DNA from: Clostridia bacterium
GTDB taxonomy: Bacteria; Bacillota; Clostridia; Oscillospirales; CAG-272
Assembly (NCBI GenBank): GCA_017461745.1
Contig: JAFTXE010000105.1
Coordinates: forward strand, 34,070 to 98,069
Direction: 5' to 3'
Length of the DNA stretch: 64,000 nt
In this document: positions 28,851 to 38,461 of the stretch, one piece after another
How positions within the stretch are numbered: position 1 is the stretch's first letter
How the letters are laid out: every line of letters begins with the position of its first letter
The notes under the pieces: generated by a model
The model's input: only the letters and a program-made list of their open reading frames with translations
Told to the model about the DNA's origin: nothing
Database searches by the model: none
Program-made: the position numbers and the translations under genes

Positions 28851-30077
28851 ATGAAACAGATTTCAGGCGGCGTTTGCGCCGCAAAGGGATTTACCGCCAA
28901 CGGAATTCGTTGCGGTATCAGAAAAAATAAGACAAAGAGAGATATTTCTCTGATATATAGCGAAAAGCTTGGAACAGCTGCTGCTGTATATACCAAAAAT
29001 CTCGTTAAGGGTGCTCCTTTGACGGTTACTAAAAACAATATTTCGGACGGCTGCGCTCAGGCAATGATATGTAATAGCGGTAACGCAAACACCTGTAACG
29101 CCAACGGAATTGAAATCGCTAACGAGACGTGCGCTCTGCTTGCTAAAGAAGCAACGTCGCAAGGATACCCTCTTAAAGCAAGTGACGTTATCGTTGCGTC
29201 AACGGGCGTTATCGGACAACCTCTTGACATCACGCCTATTGCTGACGGTATGAGTGAGCTTGTAAAGGGCTTGGGCGATAATTGCGACCTCGCCTGCGAG
29301 GGTATAATGACGACTGATACCAAGAAAAAAGAAATTGCAGTTTCCTTTGAAGTCGGCGGTGTTGAGTGTAGGATTGGCGGTATAGCAAAGGGAAGTGGAA
29401 TGATACATCCCAATATGGCGACTATGCTCGTGTTCGTTACTACGGACTGCGCCATAAGCTCAGAAATGCTTAAGAAGGCGCTTTCGACGGACGTCGTTGA
29501 TTCATTTAATATGATAAGCGTTGATGGAGATACGTCAACTAACGATATGGTGTCGATAATTGCAAACGGTATGGCGGGAAATAAGGAGATATCTGCCGAA
29601 GGAAAGGATTTTGATTCCTTCTGTGAGGCTCTTCATTACGTAACCGCTTATCTTTGCCGTTCAATTGCGGCAGACGGAGAAGGTGCGACTAAGCTTCTTG
29701 AATGTGTTGTTAAAGGCGCAAATGACGACAATACGGCAAGAATTGTTGCGAAGTCAGTAATTTGTTCCTCTCTTTTCAAGGCGGCTATGTTTGGCGCTGA
29801 CGCAAACTGGGGAAGAGTTCTTTGCGCGATAGGCTACAGCGGAGCTGACGTTGACGTTACCAAGGTAAGCGTAAGCTTCAAATCGGATAAAGGTGAGATA
29901 CTCGTATGTCAAAATGGCGCGGGAGTTGACTTTTCCGAGGATCTTGCAAAGGAGATCCTTCTTGAAAATGAAATACAAATTCTCATAGGACTTGGCGACG
30001 GAAACGGCAGTGCAGTTGCTTGGGGATGTGACCTTACGTACGATTACGTAAAAATAAACGGAGATTACAGAACGTAA
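28851..30077 (+). CDS. argJ: bifunctional ornithine acetyltransferase / N-acetylglutamate synthase
   Basis: 408 aa. Autoprocessing site region HPNMATMLVF and overall ArgJ-like sequence. Confidence 0.92.
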   Translation: MKQISGGVCAAKGFTANGIRCGIRKNKTKRDISLIYSEKLGTAAAVYTKNLVKGAPLTVTKNNISDGCAQAMICNSGNANTCNANGIEIANETCALLAKEATSQGYPLKASDVIVASTGVIGQPLDITPIADGMSELVKGLGDNCDLACEGIMTTDTKKKEIAVSFEVGGVECRIGGIAKGSGMIHPNMATMLVFVTTDCAISSEMLKKALSTDVVDSFNMISVDGDTSTNDMVSIIANGMAGNKEISAEGKDFDSFCEALHYVTAYLCRSIAADGEGATKLLECVVKGANDDNTARIVAKSVICSSLFKAAMFGADANWGRVLCAIGYSGADVDVTKVSVSFKSDKGEILVCQNGAGVDFSEDLAKEILLENEIQILIGLGDGNGSAVAWGCDLTYDYVKINGDYRT

Positions 30078-30091
30078 GCAAGGAGTAAAAA

Positions 30092-30964
30092 ATGGAACTT
30101 GACAATATGCAAAGAGTGCAGGTTATAACCGAAGCACTCCCTTACATCAAAAAATACTACAATAAGATCATCGTTGTAAAATACGGCGGAAACGCAATGA
30201 TAAACGAGGAGCTGAAGCAGGCGGTCATGGGAGATCTTGTGCTTCTTGCTCTTATAGGAATTAAGGTGGTTCTCGTTCACGGAGGCGGACCTGAGATTAC
30301 GGAAATGCTTTCAAAAATAGGAAAGGAAAGCAAATTTGTTGATGGGCTCAGAGTAACCGATAAGGAGACCGTTGATATAGTTCAGATGGTTCTCGCGGGA
30401 AAGATAAATAAAAATCTCGTCAACATCATTCAAAATAAGGGCGGTAAAGCTATCGGACTTTGCGGTATCGACGGTCATATGATAAAAGCAGAGGTTCTGG
30501 ACAAAAAGCTCGGATACGTTGGTGAAATAACCGACGTAAACGTTGAGCCTATTCTTGACGTAATAGATAAGGGCTATATACCCGTCGTTTCTACCGTCGG
30601 CTGTGATAACGAGGGAAATACTTATAATATCAACGCAGATACCGCTGCCGCAAGAATAGCGGGAGAGCTTCAAGCTGAATGTCTTATCTCAATGACGGAT
30701 ATTGAGGGAATACTCAGAGATAAAAACGACCCCTCTACGTTGATTTCCAAGATATACGTAAGCGACGCTCCACAGCTTATGAAGGAGGGAATTATAAGCG
30801 GCGGAATGATTCCCAAGGTCAACTGCTGCATCGAGTCCATTCGCCGCGGAGTAAAGAAAGTATTTATCATAGACGGACGTGTTCCTCATTCCATCCTTAT
30901 TGAAACTCTTACTAACGAGGGTATGGGAACTATGTTCGTTTCGGGCAACAAATATCCAAAATAA
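30092..30964 (+). CDS. argB: acetylglutamate kinase
   Basis: 290 aa. IVVKYGGNAM and LVHGGGPEI amino-acid-kinase motifs. Confidence 0.93.
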   Translation: MELDNMQRVQVITEALPYIKKYYNKIIVVKYGGNAMINEELKQAVMGDLVLLALIGIKVVLVHGGGPEITEMLSKIGKESKFVDGLRVTDKETVDIVQMVLAGKINKNLVNIIQNKGGKAIGLCGIDGHMIKAEVLDKKLGYVGEITDVNVEPILDVIDKGYIPVVSTVGCDNEGNTYNINADTAAARIAGELQAECLISMTDIEGILRDKNDPSTLISKIYVSDAPQLMKEGIISGGMIPKVNCCIESIRRGVKKVFIIDGRVPHSILIETLTNEGMGTMFVSGNKYPK

Positions 30965-30979
30965 TTACGGTGTGAATTT

Positions 30980-32143
30980 ATGAATATCAAAGAAAAAGAT
31001 AATCAATACGTAGCGTCTACGTACGCTCGATTTCCTCTTTGCATAAAATCGGGAAAAGGTTCTTTGGTTTATGATGACGAGGGAAAGGAATATATAGATT
31101 TAGGAACTGGTATTGCGGTAAATACGTTTGGCGTTGCAGATAACGAATGGATAGCGGCGGTTACCGAGCAGCTAAATACGCTTCAGCATACGTCAAATCT
31201 TTATTACAGCGAGCCCTGCGCCAATCTTGCGGAACAGCTTTGCTTGCGTACGGGAATGAAGAAGGTATTCTTCTCGAACTCAGGCGCTGAGGCAAACGAG
31301 TGCGCAATAAAGACCGCAAGAAAATACGGAGAGCTTAATAAGGGCGAAGGATTTACCACCATTATTACCCTTAAGGATAGCTTTCACGGAAGAACTATTA
31401 CGACTCTTGCGGCAACGGGACAGGACGTCTTCCATAAGGACTTTCTGCCGCTGACGGAGGGCTTCGTATATGCGGCAGCTAACAGCAAGGAGGACGTTGA
31501 AAGACTTGCCTCGGAAAATAAATGCTGCGCTGTAATGTTTGAGGTCGTTCAGGGCGAGGGCGGTGTGCTTCCGTTGAAAAAAGAATTTCTTACGTGGCTT
31601 GAAGAATTTGCAAAAGAAAAAGACTTGCTTCTTATTGCAGACGAGGTTCAGACGGGTAACGGACGAACGGGTGAGCTTTACGGATATATGAATTTCGGAA
31701 TTAAGCCCGATATCGTATCAACGGCAAAGGGACTTGGTGGCGGCTTGCCGATTGGCGCGACTTTGCTTGGCGAAAAAGTAAAGGACGTACTTGGTGCGGG
31801 TATGCACGGTTCAACCTTTGGAGGGAACCCCGTATGTGCGGCAGGAGCGCTTAATATTCTTTCAAGAATAGACGATGAGCTGTTAAACGGAGTAAAACGC
31901 AAGAGTGAGTTTATATTCAATGAGCTCGAAGGTGCTAAAGGTGTAAAGAGCGTTACGGGACTTGGACTTATGATAGGAATTGAATGTGAACGTCCCGCAT
32001 CCGAAATAATAGACGAGTGCAGAGAAAACGGAGTGTTGGTTATCAAGGCAAAGCAGAAGATAAGACTTTTGCCCGCGCTTAACATAGATGACGATAAACT
32101 GAAAAAGGCGATTTATATATTGAAGGAGGCTTGCGCAAAATGA
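30980..32143 (+). CDS. argD: acetylornithine aminotransferase
   Basis: 387 aa class III aminotransferase. DEVQTGNGRTG and the PLP-lysine region STAKGLGGG. Confidence 0.9.
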   Translation: MNIKEKDNQYVASTYARFPLCIKSGKGSLVYDDEGKEYIDLGTGIAVNTFGVADNEWIAAVTEQLNTLQHTSNLYYSEPCANLAEQLCLRTGMKKVFFSNSGAEANECAIKTARKYGELNKGEGFTTIITLKDSFHGRTITTLAATGQDVFHKDFLPLTEGFVYAAANSKEDVERLASENKCCAVMFEVVQGEGGVLPLKKEFLTWLEEFAKEKDLLLIADEVQTGNGRTGELYGYMNFGIKPDIVSTAKGLGGGLPIGATLLGEKVKDVLGAGMHGSTFGGNPVCAAGALNILSRIDDELLNGVKRKSEFIFNELEGAKGVKSVTGLGLMIGIECERPASEIIDECRENGVLVIKAKQKIRLLPALNIDDDKLKKAIYILKEACAK

Positions 32144-33042
32144 AACACCTTTTAAAGCTTATGGATCTGTCGGAAAAAGAAATCATAGAGATACTTAATA
32201 CGGCAGATCAGCTGAAGTACGAAAAGAAAAACGGAATCAAGCATCACATTCTCGAAGGAAAAACGCTTGGAATGATTTTTGAAAAATCATCAACGAGAAC
32301 TCGAGTATCCTTTGAGGTGGGCATGTACGATCTTGGAGGTACGGCGCTTTTCCTCAGCTCGCGCGACCTTCAGATAGGAAGAGGTGAGCCTGTTCAAGAT
32401 ACCGCAAGAGTGCTTTCAAGATATCTTGACGGAATAATGATTCGTACCTTTGATCAGGAAGAGGTTGAGTCGCTTGCTCGTTGCGGAACAATTCCGATAA
32501 TCAACGGTCTTACCGATTATTGTCATCCCTGTCAGGTCCTTGCGGACCTTATGACGATAAGAGAGCATAAGGGCGGACTTAAGGGAAATAAGCTCTGTTA
32601 TATCGGCGACGGAAATAATATGACCAACTCCCTTATCGTCGGCGGTATAAAAATGGGAATGAGCGTATCAGTCGCTTGTCCCAAGGGATATGAGCCCGAC
32701 GCTGACATAATGAAATGGGCTTCCGAAAACGGAGAGTTCGTGTGCACCGAAGACGTCATGGTAGCTGCTAAGGACGCTGACGTTCTGTATACTGACGTAT
32801 GGGCTTCCATGGGTCAGGAGGCAGAGGCAGAGGAAAGAAAGAAGATATTTGCGGGTTACCAGATAAACAGCGAGGTTATGGCTGTAGCTCACAGTGACGC
32901 AATGGTGCTCCATTGCTTGCCTGCTCACCGCGGTGAAGAAATTACCGATGAAGTTCTTGAAGCTCATGCAAATGAGATATTTGATGAAGCAGAGAACCGC
33001 CTGCATGCTCAAAAGGCAGTTCTCGTAAAATGTCTTGCATAA
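32140..33042 (+). CDS. argF: ornithine carbamoyltransferase
   Basis: STRTR carbamoyl-phosphate motif, HPCQ and HCLP motifs. The ATG at 32140 overlaps the argD stop (ATGA), so I preferred it to the TTG at 32131. Confidence 0.92.
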   Translation: MKHLLKLMDLSEKEIIEILNTADQLKYEKKNGIKHHILEGKTLGMIFEKSSTRTRVSFEVGMYDLGGTALFLSSRDLQIGRGEPVQDTARVLSRYLDGIMIRTFDQEEVESLARCGTIPIINGLTDYCHPCQVLADLMTIREHKGGLKGNKLCYIGDGNNMTNSLIVGGIKMGMSVSVACPKGYEPDADIMKWASENGEFVCTEDVMVAAKDADVLYTDVWASMGQEAEAEERKKIFAGYQINSEVMAVAHSDAMVLHCLPAHRGEEITDEVLEAHANEIFDEAENRLHAQKAVLVKCLA

Positions 33043-33051
33043 GAGGTGTAT

Positions 33052-34110
33052 ATGAAAAAAGTATATTTGGTAACTGAAGACGGACGTAGCTTTGTGGGAT
33101 ATTCCTTCGGAGCTGAAATCGAGACTTGCGGAGAATTGGTATTCAATACGGGAATGGTCGGTTATATCGAAACGCTGACTGATGCCGCAAATTACGGACA
33201 GATAGTCGTAGATACCTTCCCAATGGTAGGAAACTACGGAATTATTCCCGAGGATTTTGAAGGTAAGTGCGTAGTTAAGGGCTTCATAGTTCGTGAATGG
33301 TGTGATACACCTTCAAATTTCAGATGTGAATACGACCTTGATAAATTCCTTAAGGATAACGGTGTTGCGGGCGTTTGTGGAATTGATACGAGAGAAATTA
33401 CTAAGCATATCCGCGAGAACGGCGTTATGAACGCAAAAATTTGTTACAGTATCCCTTCAAATCTTGATGAAATAAAGAATTATAAGATAATCAACGCAGT
33501 TGAAGCTGTAACCTGCAAGGAAGCTGCTGTTTATGAGGCTGACGGTGAAGCTAAGTATAACGTAACCGTAGTTGATTACGGAGTTAAGAAGAGCTTCGTT
33601 GACGAATTGTGCCGCAGAGGCTGTAACGTAAAAGTAGTACCTGCAAATACTTCTGCTGAAGCAATTCTTGCGGATAAGCCTGACGGAGTTATGCTTTCGG
33701 GAGGTCCCGGAGATCCTGCTGAGAACGTTGAGCTCATTACCGAAATCGGTAAAATGTTCGGCAAGGTTGCTATGTTCGGTATAGGTCTTGGACATCAGAT
33801 GATGGCGCTTGCAAACGGTGCCGCAACGTATAAGCTGAAATACGGTCACAGAGGCGGAAATCAGCCTTCGCATAAGCTCAATACAAACCGTACCTATATT
33901 ACTTCTCAGAACTGTGGATATGCGGTTGCATCTAATAGCCTCGGAAAAGGCGCGGTGAATTTTGTTAATGCTAATGACAATACTTGTGAAGGTATAGAAT
34001 ACGAAGGATGCAAGGCGTTCTCCGTACAGTTCTACCCCGAAGCTGTTGATGGGCTTCACAGTACGTCGTTCCTTTATGACAAGTTTATCGAATTGATGGG
34101 AGGTAATTGA
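33052..34110 (+). CDS. carA: carbamoyl-phosphate synthase small (glutaminase) subunit
   Basis: Class I amidotransferase domain with the catalytic-Cys position in context MFGIGLGHQMM (apparently Cys to Gly; see finding). I preferred the ATG at 33052 after AGAGG over the GTG at 33046. Confidence 0.9.
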   Translation: MKKVYLVTEDGRSFVGYSFGAEIETCGELVFNTGMVGYIETLTDAANYGQIVVDTFPMVGNYGIIPEDFEGKCVVKGFIVREWCDTPSNFRCEYDLDKFLKDNGVAGVCGIDTREITKHIRENGVMNAKICYSIPSNLDEIKNYKIINAVEAVTCKEAAVYEADGEAKYNVTVVDYGVKKSFVDELCRRGCNVKVVPANTSAEAILADKPDGVMLSGGPGDPAENVELITEIGKMFGKVAMFGIGLGHQMMALANGAATYKLKYGHRGGNQPSHKLNTNRTYITSQNCGYAVASNSLGKGAVNFVNANDNTCEGIEYEGCKAFSVQFYPEAVDGLHSTSFLYDKFIELMGGN

Positions 34111-34111
34111 T

Positions 34112-37100
34112 ATGCCGCTTAATAAGGATATAAAGAAAGTATTGGTTATAGGTTCAGGTCCTATAGTTATCGGACAAGCTGCGGAATTTGACTACGCAGG
34201 CGCACAGGCATGCCGCGTACTCAAGGAAGCGGGAGTAAACGTTGTTCTTGTAAACTCAAACCCCGCTACTATTATGACGGATAACGCTCTTGCAGATGAA
34301 ATTTATCTTGAGCCTCTGACCTCGGAAACGGTAAAGCGTATAATTGAAAAGGAAAAGCCCGATAGCTTGCTTGCTGGACTCGGTGGACAGACGGGTCTTA
34401 CAATAGCAATGCAGCTGTCTCACGATGGATTTCTCCGTTCTCACGGCGTAAGACTTCTCGGAACTGACGCAAAGGCAATTGATAAGGCAGAGGATAGACA
34501 GCTCTTTAAGGAAACGATGGAATCCATAGGAGAGCCTTGTATTCCTTCCGATATCGCAAACGACGTTGACACCGCGCTGATGATTGCATCGTCAATCGGA
34601 TATCCCGTTATCGTTCGTCCCGCATTTACTCTTGGTGGAGCAGGCGGTGGAGTTGCTAATACTCCTGAGGAGCTGGCAGTTGTAGCGCAGACGGGTCTTG
34701 ATGCGTCTCCTATAACGCAGATACTTGTTGAGAGATATATTTTCGGTTGGAAGGAAATAGAATTTGAAACCATGAGAGACGCCGCAGGCAACGCTATTGC
34801 GGTTTGTAGCATGGAAAACTTTGACCCCGTTGGAGTTCATACGGGTGACTCCATAGTTGTCGCTCCTGCGCTGACGCTTTCCAATAAGGAATATCAGATG
34901 CTTCGTACCGCATCACTTAACATAGTCAACGCTTTGGGAATAGTCGGTGGCTGTAACTGTCAGTTTGCGCTCAATCCCAATAGCTTTGAGTATGCGGTTA
35001 TTGAGGTTAACCCCCGCGTTTCGCGTTCCTCAGCTCTCGCTTCAAAGGCGAGCGGATATCCTATCGCAAAGATCACCACGAAGGTGGCTCTCGGATATAC
35101 GCTTGATGAGATCAAGAATGATATTACGGGTAAGACCTGCGCTTGCTTTGAGCCTACGCTTGACTACGTAGTTGTTAAATTCCCCAAGTGGCCCTTTGAT
35201 AAATTCAATGGCTCCAGCCGTAAGCTTGGAACTCAGATGAAGGCTACGGGTGAGGTTATGTCTATCGGACCTTCCTTCGAAATGGCTATAATGAAGGCAG
35301 TTCGCGGAGCAGAGATATCGCTCGATACGCTTAACGCGCTTCCTCTTAACGATAAGCCTTTGGAAGAAAGACTTGCCGCAATGGATGACCGCAGAATATT
35401 TACCGTATTCGAGGCTCTTAAGAAAGACGTTTCTATTGAAACTATCCATAACATCACGAAGATAGATCCTTGGTTCTTGAATAAGCTTAAAAAGCTCGTT
35501 GATTTTGAGCTTGCGCTTGCGGAAAACGGACTTGACGCCGATTCTTATAAGCAGGGTAAGATGCTCGGTTATACCGATAAGGCTCTTGCAAGACTTGGCG
35601 GCGATACACCCGTGAAAAAGATGGATGCGGCATATAAGATGGTTGATACCTGCGCTGCTGAATTTGATGCTCAAACGCCTTACTTCTACTCAACATACGG
35701 CGGAGTTTGCGAGGCAAGAGGATTTAAGAAGAGCGGCAAGCCCACCATATTGGTTCTTGGCTCAGGTCCTATAAGAATAGGACAGGGAATTGAGTTCGAC
35801 TATTCCTCTGTACACTGCGTATGGGCGCTTAAGGAATTGGGATATGACGTGGTTATCGTTAATAATAATCCCGAGACCGTTTCTACCGACTACGATACAG
35901 CGGACAGACTTTATTTCGAGCCTCTCACGCCTGAGGACGTTATGAATATTATCAAGGTCGAAAATCCCATTGGCGTTGTTGTTGCATTCGGCGGACAGAC
36001 GGCAATTAAGCTGACTCAGTTCCTTGATGATAACGGAATTAAGATTCTTGGAACTTCCGCGGAGGGAATAGACACCGCTGAGGATAGAGAAAAGTTTGAT
36101 GCGCTCCTTGAAAAGTTCAATATTCGCCGTCCCGTTGGTACGAGCATTATGACTACGCAGGAGGCTCTTGATGCGGCAGAGAAGATAGGTTATCCCGTTC
36201 TTCTTCGTCCCTCATACGTTATCGGCGGTCAGAATATGTCCATCGTATACAGTCCCCGTGAGGTTGAAACGTATATGACGCGTATTCTCGCTACGGGAAT
36301 AGAAAATCCCGTTCTCGTTGATAAATATATGATGGGAACAGAGCTTGAGGTTGACGTTATTTCCGACGGTAAGGACGTTCTTATACCGGGTATCATGCAG
36401 CACGTTGAGCGCGCGGGCGTACACAGCGGTGACTCTATTGCGGTATATCCCCCCTTCAGTATTAACGATAAGCTCTTGACCACGGTCGTTGAGTCCTCCG
36501 AGAAGCTTGCGCTTTCACTGGGAACTAAGGGACTTGTAAATATTCAGTACCTTATCTATCGCAATGAGCTTTACGTAATTGAAGTAAATCCCAGAGCATC
36601 AAGAACAGTTCCTTATATCAGTAAGGTTACGGGTGTTCCTATGGTAGACCTTGCAACTAAGGTAATGATAGGCGCGTCGCTTAAGTCTCTCGGATACGGC
36701 ACGGGTCTTTACCGCACACCTCCTTATTTTGCAGTTAAAGTTCCCGTATTCTCCTTCCAGAAGCTTACCGACGCCAACTCCTACCTCGGACCTGAAATGA
36801 AGTCCACGGGTGAGGTTTTGGGACTTGGTAAAAATCTTAACGAAGCTATATTCAAGGGACTTACTTCGGCAGGCTTCAATCTCAAAGCGCCTTCCTTTGG
36901 CGAAGACGTCGGAGTTTATATAAGCGTTGGCGAGCATGATCTTCTTGAAATCGTATCACTTGCAAAGAAGCTTGATGACCTCGGAATGAAGATCTATTCC
37001 TCCGCTGATACGGCAAAGGCAATTGAAAGTCTTGGAGTTACCGTTACTGCGGTTGGTAAGGTTGGTGAGTCCGACGACGTTTATAAGCTTATCGAATCGG

Positions 37101-38146
37101 GCAATATCAGCTATATCGTTTATACGGGTACGCTGTTTGATTCTTCTCTTACGGATTATATCAATCTTCACAGAAAGGCTCTCCAGCACGGAGTCGCTTG
37201 CCTGACGTCTCTTGATACCGCAAACGCTCTTGCTGATATTATCGCAAGCCGTTACAATCAGCAGAATACAGAGCTTGTTGATATCAATAATATGCGCACC
37301 GAGCCTATGACTATTAAGTTCTCCAAGATGCAGGGAACGGGTGATGACTATATCTTCATTGATAACTTCGACGGAAATATTACCTGTCCCGAATCCTTGA
37401 GCCTTACGATGTGTAACAGACATTACGGCGTAGGCGCTGACGGATTGGTTCTCATAGAGAAATCCGATGTTGCTGACGCTCGTATGCGTATCTTCAATCG
37501 CGATGGTAGTGAAGGTAAGATGGCAGGTAACAGTATTCGTTGCGTTGGTAAGTATCTCTACGATAACGGTATTATCCTTAAGGATAGAATGGATATCGAG
37601 ACGGGAAGCGGCGTTAAGGATCTGAGACTCTATACGAGAAACGGAAAGGTAACTACCGTAAGCGTTGGAATGGGTAAGGCAAGCGTGCTCGTTAAGGATA
37701 TTCCCACGACTATCGAGGCAGAGAAGGTGGTTGACTATCCTCTTACTATTGGTGGAAAGACCTATAACGTAACCCTCGTTTCTACGGGTAACCCCCACTG
37801 CGTAGTATTTACCGATTACGTTGACGGAGTTGATATCGAAAAGGTTGGACCTCTCTTTGAGAACGCACCTGAATTCCCAGAGAGAATAAATACCGAATTC
37901 GTTCGCGTAGTAAATTCCAATACTCTTAAGATGAGAGTTTACGAAAGAGGAAACGGCGAAACCCTCGCTTGCGGAACGGGAGCTTGCGCAGCTGTCGTAG
38001 CTGCTGTTGAAAACGGCTACTGCAAGAAGGGCGATGACATAACCGTTAAGCTTCGCGGCGGAGACCTCGTAGTTAAATATACCGACGAAAAGCTTATTCT
38101 TACGGGTAACGCAGAACTCGTATATCAGGGCTTTATTGAAGACTAA
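34112..38146 (+). CDS. carB: carbamoyl-phosphate synthase large subunit fused in frame to a DapF-like (diaminopimelate epimerase fold) domain
   Basis: 1344 aa. Residues 1-1065 form a complete CarB: two ATP-grasp halves (GSGPIVIGQAAEFDYAG / GSGPIRIGQGIEFDYS) and an MGS-like tail. Residues 1066-1344 (nt 37307-38146) align with DapF: MTIKFSKMQGTGDDY, FNRDGSE, GNPHCV, ERGNGETLACGTGA. No stop codon lies between the two parts. Confidence 0.88.
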   Translation: MPLNKDIKKVLVIGSGPIVIGQAAEFDYAGAQACRVLKEAGVNVVLVNSNPATIMTDNALADEIYLEPLTSETVKRIIEKEKPDSLLAGLGGQTGLTIAMQLSHDGFLRSHGVRLLGTDAKAIDKAEDRQLFKETMESIGEPCIPSDIANDVDTALMIASSIGYPVIVRPAFTLGGAGGGVANTPEELAVVAQTGLDASPITQILVERYIFGWKEIEFETMRDAAGNAIAVCSMENFDPVGVHTGDSIVVAPALTLSNKEYQMLRTASLNIVNALGIVGGCNCQFALNPNSFEYAVIEVNPRVSRSSALASKASGYPIAKITTKVALGYTLDEIKNDITGKTCACFEPTLDYVVVKFPKWPFDKFNGSSRKLGTQMKATGEVMSIGPSFEMAIMKAVRGAEISLDTLNALPLNDKPLEERLAAMDDRRIFTVFEALKKDVSIETIHNITKIDPWFLNKLKKLVDFELALAENGLDADSYKQGKMLGYTDKALARLGGDTPVKKMDAAYKMVDTCAAEFDAQTPYFYSTYGGVCEARGFKKSGKPTILVLGSGPIRIGQGIEFDYSSVHCVWALKELGYDVVIVNNNPETVSTDYDTADRLYFEPLTPEDVMNIIKVENPIGVVVAFGGQTAIKLTQFLDDNGIKILGTSAEGIDTAEDREKFDALLEKFNIRRPVGTSIMTTQEALDAAEKIGYPVLLRPSYVIGGQNMSIVYSPREVETYMTRILATGIENPVLVDKYMMGTELEVDVISDGKDVLIPGIMQHVERAGVHSGDSIAVYPPFSINDKLLTTVVESSEKLALSLGTKGLVNIQYLIYRNELYVIEVNPRASRTVPYISKVTGVPMVDLATKVMIGASLKSLGYGTGLYRTPPYFAVKVPVFSFQKLTDANSYLGPEMKSTGEVLGLGKNLNEAIFKGLTSAGFNLKAPSFGEDVGVYISVGEHDLLEIVSLAKKLDDLGMKIYSSADTAKAIESLGVTVTAVGKVGESDDVYKLIESGNISYIVYTGTLFDSSLTDYINLHRKALQHGVACLTSLDTANALADIIASRYNQQNTELVDINNMRTEPMTIKFSKMQGTGDDYIFIDNFDGNITCPESLSLTMCNRHYGVGADGLVLIEKSDVADARMRIFNRDGSEGKMAGNSIRCVGKYLYDNGIILKDRMDIETGSGVKDLRLYTRNGKVTTVSVGMGKASVLVKDIPTTIEAEKVVDYPLTIGGKTYNVTLVSTGNPHCVVFTDYVDGVDIEKVGPLFENAPEFPERINTEFVRVVNSNTLKMRVYERGNGETLACGTGACAAVVAAVENGYCKKGDDITVKLRGGDLVVKYTDEKLILTGNAELVYQGFIED

Positions 38147-38157
38147 TGTTTAAAATT

Positions 38158-38197
38158 AGGAGCTGAATCATTAAATTGGTTCAGCTCCTTTTGTTTA
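38158..38197 (+). terminator. rho-independent terminator of the arg operon
   Basis: AGGAGCTGAA / TTCAGCTCCT stem (38158-38189) followed by TTTGTTT. Confidence 0.8.
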
Positions 38198-38332
38198 TCT
38201 AAAAAATTCATTAAAAATAAGTAAAAAAATGGAAAAGCAAAACATTGACATTGTTATTTTATTGTCAATCTGTACGGCTGATAATCTTCTTAAACACATT
38301 GGTTTGTCGAAAATAGTACAACTTCTACAAGT

Positions 38333-38350
38333 ATGATAATTTTTTAACAA
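38333..38350. promoter_or_regulatory. candidate Rex operator upstream of adhE
   Basis: ATGATAA-TTTT-TTAACAA compared with the Rex consensus TTGTTAA-n4-TTAACAA. The right half matches 7/7 and the left half 5/7. It ends 7 nt before the -35. Confidence 0.35.
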
Positions 38351-38357
38351 TAACCGC

Positions 38358-38386
38358 TTGACAACTCAAAATAATAATGATATAAT
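38358..38386 (+). promoter_or_regulatory. sigma-A promoter of adhE
   Basis: TTGACA (38358-38363), 17 nt, TATAAT (38381-38386). Confidence 0.7.
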
Positions 38387-38461
38387 TGTATTGTCAGAAT
38401 GGAAGTTCTGTAACAAAACCGAAAAAATAAAATTGATGAAAAATCAAAGAAAGGTTAAGTA

